Origin: Octopus bimaculoides
Lineage: Eukaryota
Direction: 5' to 3'
Length of the DNA stretch: 44,778 nt
NCBI RefSeq assembly: GCF_001194135.2
Contig: NC_068999.1
Span: 6,808,559 to 6,853,336 of the forward strand
Below are positions 36,500 to 44,778 of the stretch, piece by piece. The notes under the pieces were generated by a model. That model ran no database searches and was not told the DNA's origin. It was given only the letters and a program-made list of their open reading frames with translations. Made by a program: the position numbers and the translations under genes. The stretch's first letter is position 1. Every line of letters starts with the position of its first letter.

Positions 36500-37324
36500 N
36501 NNNNNNNNNNNNNNNNNNNNNNNNNNNNNNNNNNNNNNNNNNNNNNNNNNNNNNNNNNNNNNNNNNNNNNNNNNNNNNNNNNNNNNNNNNNNNNNNNNNN
36601 NNNNNNNNNNNNNNNNNNNNNNNNNNNNNNNNNNNNNNNNNNNNNNNNNNNNNNNNNNNNNNNNNNNNNNNNNNNNNNNNNNNNNNNNNNNNNNNNNNNN
36701 NNNNNNNNNNNNNNNNNNNNNNNNNNNNNNNNNNNNNNNNNNNNNNNNNNNNNNNNNNNNNNNNNNNNNNNNNNNNNNNNNNNNNNNNNNNNNNNNNNNN
36801 NNNNNNNNNNNNNNNNNNNNNNNNNNNNNNNNNNNNNNNNNNNNNNNNNNNNNNNNNNNNNNNNNNNNNNNNNNNNNNNNNNNNNNNNNNNNNNNNNNNN
36901 NNNNNNNNNNNNNNNNNNNNNNNNNNNNNNNNNNNNNNNNNNNNNNNNNNNNNNNNNNNNNNNNNNNNNNNNNNNNNNNNNNNNNNNNNNNNNNNNNNNN
37001 NNNNNNNNNNNNNNNNNNNNNNNNNNNNNNNNNNNNNNNNNNNNNNNNNNNNNNNNNNNNNNNNNNNNNNNNNNNNNNNNNNNNNNNNNNNNNNNNNNNN
37101 NNNNNNNNNNNNNNNNNNNNNNNNNNNNNNNNNNNNNNNNNNNNNNNNNNNNNNNNNNNNNNNNNNNNNNNNNNNNNNNNNNNNNNNNNNNNNNNNNNNN
37201 NNNNNNNNNNNNNNNNNNNNNNNNNNNNNNNNNNNNNNNNNNNNNNNNNNNNNNNNNNNNNNNNNNNNNNNNNNNNNNNNNNNNNNNNNNNNNNNNNNNN
37301 NNNNNNNNNNNNNNNNNNNNNNNN
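36500..37324. other. Assembly gap (others at 6317-6410, 8198-8730, 16234-16373, 32790-32799, 34311-34685)
   Basis: N runs. Confidence 1.
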
Positions 37325-37869
37325 GATCACCTCCTCCAATGACCCCCTCCCCTCTCAAAATTCCTTGTCTTGCAAGTTACTTGGTGACCCTGCCAGTGCT
37401 GAAACAACCAGTCTACACTGCAAAGTGGTTGACATTTGGAACAGCACCCAGCTGTAAGACCTATGCCAAAACTGACCTTGCCTGTGCTGGTGCCACGTAA
37501 AAAGCACTCGGTCCACTCTGTGGAGTGGTTGGTGTTAGGAAGGGCATCCAGCCATTAAAAACCCTATCAAAACAAACAGAGTAGCCTGGGGTAGTCTTCT
37601 ACCTGACTGGCACCTGTCAAACTGACCAACCCATGCCTGCATGGAAAGCAGACGTTAAATGACGATGATGATATTTTGCTGAAGCAAGGTGGCGAGCTAG
37701 CAGAATCGTTAGCACACCAGGTGAAATGCTTAGCAATATTTCGCCTGTCTTTATGTTCTGAGTTCAAATTCTTCCGAGGTCGACTTTGCCTTTCATCCTT
37801 TCGGGGAGAAACAAGCTTCTCACCGCACAGCCACACCTGTCCTTACATCATATATCAAATACAGGACAT

Positions 37870-38082
37870 ATTTTAGCATTTAAACCAGCCATATGAAGCC
37901 CAGATATGCTTCCTGCCTTATGTTCTATCCAGCCTATCACACCTGCCCTTCAATGCCACAATAAAATACACAAATCTCATCTTCAAAATTTTGAAGCAAC
38001 AAAATAATGCAAGGCTAATTAAAAACAATGTGAATGAAAAAACCAGAACATTTGAGAGAATAATTTGAATGCTAAAGGGTTA
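37870..38082. mobile_element. piggyBac-type MITE, left TIR partly lost
   Basis: tttagcatt at the left end and aatgctaaaggg|TTAA at the right end. Confidence 0.55.
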
Positions 38083-38134
38083 AATAAATAATAAATAAAT
38101 ATAAAAAGAAAGAGACAGGTTAACATGTACTTAC

Positions 38135-38309
38135 TTTTCAGAATTTCAATTTCCCGTTTAGCTTCCCCAAGTGCAGAAAATAAATCCAATTTTAATCGGG
38201 TTTCTGCACTCAGGCTGTTTTCCAGGTGTGTATTTTTGTCTTGCATTGCCGCAAGTGCTGACATTAAAATTTCTGTTTCATTCTGGTTTTCTTTGTATTG
38301 ACGAAGATT
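38135..38309 (-). CDS. MACO1: Macoilin exon NLRQYKENQNETEILMSALAAMQDKNTHLENSLSAETRLKLDLFSALGEAKREIEILK
   Basis: tttcag acceptor, A|GTAAGT donor, 175 nt; carries the macoilin signature LMSALxAMQDKxxHLENSLSAETRxKLDLFSALGxAKR. Confidence 0.97.
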
Positions 38310-38384
38310 CTGAAATTGTAAAAGAAAACCACTTTTGTCTTGTAACTGTGGAATTCGTTTTTGGAGACCTCTGGAAGATATGCT

Positions 38385-39030
38385 GTGATTAAGACCCAGC
38401 AAGTAAAGTGAGATCACAGCCATAGCCTATACCAGTGTCGCATAACCAACCCATTTAAAAAGTACCTTTGAATCGACAGGCGACAAGCTGTGCTTGAGGA
38501 AACCTTTTGAGTCAAGTAAAATCAAAAATCAAATCACAATCAAGAATGGAAATTGTAGATGTGGCCAATGCCAGTGCTGCCTGACTGGGTCTCGTGCTGG
38601 TGGCACAAAATAAGTACCATTGTGCCGCCTGACTGGATCTTGTGCTAGTGGCACACAATAAGCACCATTCATGCGTGGGTCGTTGCCAGTGCCACCTGAC
38701 TGGCTCCCCGTGCCAGTGACATGTAAAAAGCACCATCCAACTGTGGTCAATGCCAGCTCCCTCCCCACTCTGACTTGCTCTTGTGCCAGTAACACATAAA
38801 ATCTGAATGTGGCCGATGCCAGTGCTGCCTGACTGGCTCCCGTGCTGGTGGCACGTAAAAAGCACCCACTACACTCTCGGAGTGGTTGGCATTAGGAAGG
38901 GCATCCAGCTGCAGAAACACTGCCAGATCAGATTGGATCCTGGTGTGGCCTCCTGGCTGACCAGTGGTCAGTCAAACAGTCCAACCCATGCCAGAATGGA
39001 AAGCGGATGTTAAACGATGATGATGATATT
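38385..39030 (-). mobile_element. Long family C element with about five internal imperfect ~60-bp repeats (38561-38870)
   Basis: Repeated gccagtgctgcctgactgg...gtggcac...aagcacc unit. Confidence 0.7.
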
Positions 39031-39617
39031 CTTTTACATATTCATAGGCATAGTCATGGCCATGTGGTAAGAAATTTGCTTCCCAACCATGTGGTTTTGA
39101 GTTCAGTCCCACAGCATGGCACCTTGAGTAAATGCCTTCTACTAAAGTCCTGGGCCAACCCTGTGTGTAGATTTGGTAGATGGCTACTGGAAGAAGCTCA
39201 TTGTATATGTGTGTGTATGATCATCATCGTTTAACATCTGCTTTCCATACTGGCATGGGTTAGATGGTTTGACAGGAGCTGGTCAGGAAGGAGCCCGCAA
39301 CAGACTTCTGTGTGTGTGTGTCCTTGGCTCGACATCATGTAATGGTTGTAATGGAGCATCACTGCCATACAAATGATGGTGTTTGTTTCCAGTCTTCCAT
39401 GAAAAACGTCTAGCTAAAAGAAAATATTATCCTGCTTGGAAACAGTTGAAGGTTGGCAACAGAAAGAGCACCAGGTCATAGAAAATCTATATCTGAAAAG
39501 ATGAGTTTTTTTTTAAAGCAAAAATGTCTGTGATCCATATGTCTGCCCCGCTCCACCACGTTTAACCTGGGGCCAAAACAACAACAAACAAGAGAGATTT
39601 AGGAAGACATTAGTTAC

Positions 39618-39738
39618 CTGTACTTCTCTTTCTACCTGTCTAAACTGTTCTTCTCTGACCTTTAATTCTCTCCGCAACTGTTTCAGATCATTTTCGGTAT
39701 CTCTTCGTCGAGCTTTGCAGTTTTCTGAACATTCATCT
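39618..39738 (-). CDS. MACO1: Macoilin exon (R)DECSENCKARRRDTENDLKQLRRELKVREEQFRQVEREVQ
   Basis: tcccag acceptor, CAG|GTAACT donor, 121 nt, phase 2 to 0; similar to human GECTESLRSRIRELE...KVKEDQIRELE. Confidence 0.93.
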
Positions 39739-39874
39739 CTGGGAATATAAACATTAACTAATATAAATATACGTTATTAAGCTGGTGTTCGAAACATAAC
39801 ATGAAATTTTAATTTAGGGAGATGTACTTGCATAGCAAGTGACCTGATCTGAGATTGTGGGCTGGAACGAAAAC

Positions 39875-40089
39875 AATTGCAGAGTGGAAGGTGTTTATAA
39901 GCCATTTAAAATAACACACAAAAGCCATCAGATTCACTTCAACATTTAAATTTAATTTGTCAAAATATTTTTGTTGCGGTCTCAAAGTGACAAAAATATT
40001 TTGACAAATTAAATTTAAATGTTGAAGTGAATCTAACGGTTTTTGTGTGTTATTTTAAATGGCTTATAAACACCTTCCACGCTGCAATT
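39875..40089. repeat. Inverted repeat with 100-bp arms and a 15-nt loop, in a macoilin intron
   Basis: Arms 39875-39974 and 39990-40089, 4 mismatches by manual alignment. Confidence 0.95.
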
Positions 40090-40219
40090 ATTTTAATTTA
40101 GATTATTTCAAAACAGAGTGTTTGTGTCATAGAAGCAGGGGCAATCTCAGAAGGGTTGATATCAAAAGGATTGAAGACAAAGATGTTTAAAAGAAAGAAA
40201 GCCAGATTAATAACACCAC

Positions 40220-40396
40220 CTTGCAGCAGCCAACAAAACAGCCCTGGTTGCAGACTCTTCGGCTTTTTTAGCCTTACGTTCAGAAGCCAGCTGTTGCTCT
40301 ATTACACATTTTCCTTTGCGCTCTTCTTGTAGTTTACGCTCCAAGATAGAGAGGTTCTGTTTATCTTGTTGTCTGCAGGTCACCAGATTGTGTAGT
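40220..40396 (-). CDS. MACO1: Macoilin exon (K)LHNLVTCRQQDKQNLSILERKLQEERKGKCVIEQQLASERKAKKAEESATRAVLLAAAR
   Basis: cttcag acceptor, AG|GTGGTG donor, 177 nt; matches human LHNAVQMKQKDKQNISQLEKKL...EEATAARAV. Confidence 0.95.
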
Positions 40397-40699
40397 CTGA
40401 AGAATTAACAGAAATAAAATCAAAACATATTCATACATGGATATCTCTTTGACAATTTTGTAACTAAAAACATGATGGACGGGATAATGGAATCCTAGAT
40501 ACCTCTTAAAAGACATGATGGTCATGGTTAGAATACTTTTAGTCAGAGGTTTTACTCAAGCAGCAGCAACAACAACAACAACAACTACTACTACTATATT
40601 CGTGGCTCCTCTCATTAACTTTCAATCTGAAAATCTGTCTGGACAGGCCACATCTAACCCATGCCAGCATGGCAAAACAGACAATATAAAAAAAAAAAC

Positions 40700-40950
40700 A
40701 CTGCTGCTGCTGATAGTGATGGTTGTGGTGGTAATGATAATGATGACGGCGATGATGATGATGATGATGGTGTTGTTGATGAAGGGGATGATGATGATGA
40801 TGGTGGTGGTGGTGGCAATGATGATGATGATGATGATGATGTTGGATGGTAATGATGAGTGATAGTGGTGATTGATGGTGACGATGATGATGATGGTGTT
40901 GTTGATGAAGGGGATGATGGTGATGATGGTGGTGGTGGTGGTGGTGGCAA

Positions 40951-40982
<32 letters not shown>

Positions 40983-41035
40983 ATGGTGGTGGCAATGATG
41001 ATGTTGATGATGATGATGATGATGATGATGAAACA
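40700..41035. repeat. (GAT)n/(GGT)n trinucleotide array with an internal duplication, intronic
   Basis: gatggtgttgttgatgaaggggatgat block occurs twice; source of the poly-H/M/S/D pseudo-ORFs. Confidence 0.9.
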
Positions 41036-41089
41036 ACAACCCCCAGTGAGCCAACAAACATTTAGTTCAGTGCTGGACCCCACACTTAC

Positions 41090-41248
41090 TTGTTCTGTAA
41101 ATTTTCATTGTCTTGCTGAAGTTGATATAATTCTGACCGCATGGATTTGTCTGACAGTGACATATTTGTAATTTGTGACCGTAACTCTTGTTCGGAATTA
41201 CGACTAGACTGAAGATCTGCTTTCAAGCGTTTTACATCATTCTCTAAT
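41090..41248 (-). CDS. MACO1: Macoilin exon (R)LENDVKRLKADLQSSRNSEQELRSQITNMSLSDKSMRSELYQLQQDNENLQNK
   Basis: tttcag acceptor, AA|GTAAGT donor, 159 nt; matches recalled human macoilin LEQDIKKLKADLQASRQVEQELRSQI...LRQENELLQNK. Confidence 0.95.
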
Positions 41249-42546
41249 CTGAAATTAAAGGAAAAAGGACAAACATGAAGCTAAATATTTAATAGCAGAA
41301 GCAAAGTCGTAACAGATATATTGACATAGCCAGACATTTTCAGCCAAATATGTTATGAATACATTGTTGTTGTAAAAGGGAGAAGTTCTTTTTTTTTTCT
41401 TTCTCCTGTGACATAAACAACAGCGACTAGCATATTTGTGTTTGAATCAGCCAGAACATATTGATTTCTAATTTTGGCACAAGGCCAGCAATTTCGGGGG
41501 AGGTGTTAAGTCAACTGCACCCCGCTCCCCCCTGCACTCAACTGGTACTTATTTTATCGACCCTGAAAGGATGAATGGCAAAGATGACCTTGGTGGAATT
41601 TGAACTCAGAACGTGAAGACAGACAAAATGCCATTAAGCATTCTGCCCAGCACGCTAACGATTCTGCCAGCTCGCCACCATAATCAGCAAGAATATATTA
41701 AGAGATATTTTGCTATGCCTTTTTTTATCCTTTACTCATTTCATTCTTTGAACTGTGCCCATGCTAGAGCACTGTCTCAAAGAGTTTTTTAGTTGAACAA
41801 AATTGACCCTAGTAATTTTTTTTTTTTTCTAAATCTGGTAGTTATTTTATTTGCCTGTTTTGCTGAACCACCAACTTACAGGCATGTAAACAAACCAACA
41901 CTGGCTATCAAGCAGTGAGGGGACAGACACACACAAACAAACATGACAGGCTTCCACAGTTTTCATTGACCAAATTCAATCACAAATTATTGGTCAGCCC
42001 AAGACTATAATGGAAGACAATTGCCTAAAGTGCCACACAATGGGATTGAACATAAAACCTCATGGTTGCAAAGAGAGCATCTTAACCACACAGCCAAACA
42101 GAGTGCACCGCTAAACATCCCCTTATTCCCAAGTCTACATTTACCTATCAATATATAGGGGCCCCAGTAACATAACACACTGAGTAAGCTGTGACATGGT
42201 CACACAATCTGCATGGGTTAGATGGAATTTGTTGGGACAAGTTTTCTACAGCCAGATGCCCCCACCCCATCACCAATCATCATCTGTTCAACATCCACAT
42301 TTCCATGTGCGCATGACACAAATGGAACTTGTTGAGGTAGATTTTCTACAGCTGAATGCCCTTCCTGCTGTCAACCCTCATCCGTTTCCAAGTAAAGTAA
42401 TATTTTTACCATGGCAGACAAGAAACAAATAACATCGTTTGTACAAGGGCGACATTTATCTTACAACCATCACATGACGTCAAGAAGGAAAAACAAAAGA
42501 AAGAAAAAAAAAACTACAAATAAACAAAATCAAAACCAAAACTTAC

Positions 42547-42904
42547 CTGTTTATTACTTCATCTTTGTTGTTGTTAAATGTTGGAGAAATGTCTTTATTG
42601 TAATTTTTACCTTTCTTTGAATTATTCTCTTTATTACTGTTTAGTTTGTTACCTTGCGATTTCGAAACAGTGTTAGATTTGTACGATTTGGTATGTTGAT
42701 CATTTTCTGTGCTTTCATCATAGTCATTTACATTAGATTTTTTTGATAAAGGCTGTTCTATGAAATCGTATTCTTCTTCGTCGTCATCATCTGTGTTTTT
42801 CGTTAAATGTTTTGTTTTGTCTTTGTCCTCGTTATCTGTTTTATGAGATTTTTTTCCTGGAACTCCATTTGAAATAACTTCTTCGTCTGTTTTAGAAGAA
42901 AGAG
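42547..42904 (-). CDS. MACO1: Macoilin internal exon, low-complexity linker (LSSKTDEEVISNGVPGKK...DDDDEEEYDF...KDEVINR), phase 1 to 2
   Basis: ttgcag acceptor, AG|GTAAGT donor, 358 nt open in one frame, splices in phase to the recognisable macoilin coiled-coil exon below. Confidence 0.85.
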
Positions 42905-43276
42905 CTGCAACAGAGACACAAACAACACGGTCAGCAACAGAATATTATAAGGATCTTCTCACTGGGAACGATGCCCTACACTTCAAGAGGAAGGAAGAAT
43001 TATGTGATGTAATCAGTTCAATTGTGTGGCACTTTGGGCAAGTGTCTTCCAACATAGCCCAGGCCAACCAAACGCTTGTGAATGGATTTGGGAGACTGAC
43101 AGAATCTGATTGTATATGAATGTACATATGCAGTGTGTGTGCGCACATGCATGCATGTGTGTTCGTATCTTCTATTCTTGACACGATTTGATAGTTTTAA
43201 ATGAGCTTGTATGACACTATCATACATGTCATGTCACTTGTTTCCAATCTTCCACGAAAACATGCCCGGTCATGAA

Positions 43277-43350
43277 CAGGGCCGGCTCAAGGTACTGACA
43301 ACTCAGGCACCACATGCTAGGGGGCGCCAGCAATACTAGGGCCGGCCCTG
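43277..43350. mobile_element. 74-bp hAT-type mini-element inserted into a SINE
   Basis: TIRs CAGGGCCGGC and GCCGGCCCTG; imperfect 8-bp TSD gtcatgaa / atcatgag. Confidence 0.7.
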
Positions 43351-44444
43351 ATCATGAGGAAGTATTACCGGGCTTGGAAACAATCGAGAGTTGGCGACAG
43401 AAAGGGCATCCGGTCAATGAGGTTTCGTTTGAATCGTGCAAATGGACAATAAAACGACATTAATGACGAACGAAATAATTTGATTTCAAGAAGTAAGGGA
43501 GGCAACCCATGATGACTTGGAGTTGCTTTAACCATCTTCAATAAAACATCAGTGCACAATCATGTACATTTACTTTGTGATTCTCCTATCGTTATTCAGC
43601 AAAAATGGTAAAGTCCATCCTTTGCAGTAGATTATTATTATTATTATAACAGTGAATAGTATCCAAAGTTATCTCCCATACCTCTCAAAATAATTTTGTT
43701 TTTCACTGCAAAACTTATTGCCAGTTAGCCTTTGACTTCTGTATTTGATGACATAAAAGCGACACGGCCATATTAGAAGAACCCTAAATTTAGCAGCGCA
43801 TATTTGGAACAAAAAGTTTTCGGGTCATTAAAGCATATAGAAGAGGCCCAGCCTTGCACATGGGACCAGAAGTGCTTTTTCCCCCCCGAGACATTTTAAA
43901 ACAAAAATAAGCGCATTTTATATACCACCAAATATGGTAACTAAGGTATTTCAAATGGATGGTGACTTCTATGAAATTAGTACAATGCCTTATTAAGATC
44001 TGATTAAGAATGCTTATATCATCATCGTTATGTAGACTCACATCTAGATGACATTATGTTCACAGGGTAACTGGAGAATTGACAGTTACTACATCACCAA
44101 CATTAAGTTGCATTTGATGTCAAGGATACACTTTAGCACTCTCACCTCTTAGAACAGCATCCTTTCCTAATTAGTTATTGTAATCAAAATTAACAGGACC
44201 CAAACTCATTATTTAAAACTATCAGCTGGTTATTGTTACTGAAAAGTTTTCATCCTAAAGTAACAAACTATTTCCACTGTATATTTTGTATGTGAATATA
44301 CACACATATATATAATAATAATAAATAATAAATGCGCCCTTTTAAAGCCGAGCAAGGCTCGTGGGCCTGGTTTCCTGGTTTCAATGGCGTATATGTTCCC
44401 CAGCTGGAGAGGACGCCAATCCATCGCAGTGTTACTCATTTAAT

Positions 44445-44507
44445 TTTAATATGTGTGTGTGCACGCGTAGTGTGTATGGGTGTGTGTGTGTGCACGCGTG
44501 GTGTGTA

Positions 44508-44557
<50 letters not shown>

Positions 44558-44623
44558 TATAAATAGATAGATAGTTAGATAATTAGATAGATAGATAGAT
44601 AGATAGTTAGTTAGTTAGTTAGT

Positions 44624-44675
<52 letters not shown>

Positions 44676-44690
44676 CAGATAGATACATTT
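44445..44690. repeat. (GT)n, (TA)n and (GATA)n microsatellites
   Basis: Seen directly. Confidence 0.9.
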
Positions 44691-44778
44691 CTTTTATTAG
44701 CCACACAGGGCTCAACGAAGATGGGACAAATACAATGTAGAGCTTTTCTTTTTGGAAGGGGGAAAGGAAGGAAAAAAA

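Noticed and set aside
36393-37358. Long ORFs spanning N runs (also 8168-8754, 34287-34727, 15715-16444, 5917-6540)
   Set aside because: Open only because N codons contain no stop
40515-41171. Poly-His, poly-Met/Val, poly-Ser/Pro and poly-Asp ORFs
   Set aside because: Translations of a (GAT/GGT)n array inside macoilin intron 40397-41089

Overview
Eukaryotic, AT-rich, microsatellite- and SINE-dense scaffold with six N-gaps. The repeat families look like Octopus/coleoid cephalopod (inferred from recalled SINE consensus sequences, not database-checked). Two genes are well supported. (1) Five minus-strand coding exons of macoilin (MACO1/TMEM57; 42904 down to 38135) with canonical GT-AG junctions in consistent phase. 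The N-terminal exons lie beyond the window and the expected last exon is not visible, probably in the 36500-37324 gap. (2) An intact single-ORF 563-aa Jerky-like pogo/Tigger transposase-derived gene (24807-26498, +) whose second catalytic Asp is Tyr, preceded by a likely one-sided terminal-repeat relic, i.e. a probable domesticated transposase. A third, unidentified minus-strand gene is suggested by a good first exon at 22051-22110 (MAERLPWGLKTEGLTPGSVK), small candidate exons further down and several CpG-rich patches ending in splice donors. The rest is tRNA-derived SINEs, RTE/CR1/R4-type LINE scraps, a decayed mariner, several MITEs, an 18-bp minisatellite with higher-order structure and notable hairpins, especially a 100-bp 96%-perfect inverted repeat inside a macoilin intron. 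No CRISPR, rRNA or true tRNA gene was seen. Most six-frame ORFs are microsatellite, SINE or gap artefacts. No wholly new system can be demonstrated from sequence alone; the best leads are the domesticated transposase locus, the intronic hairpin and the unidentified multi-promoter gene.
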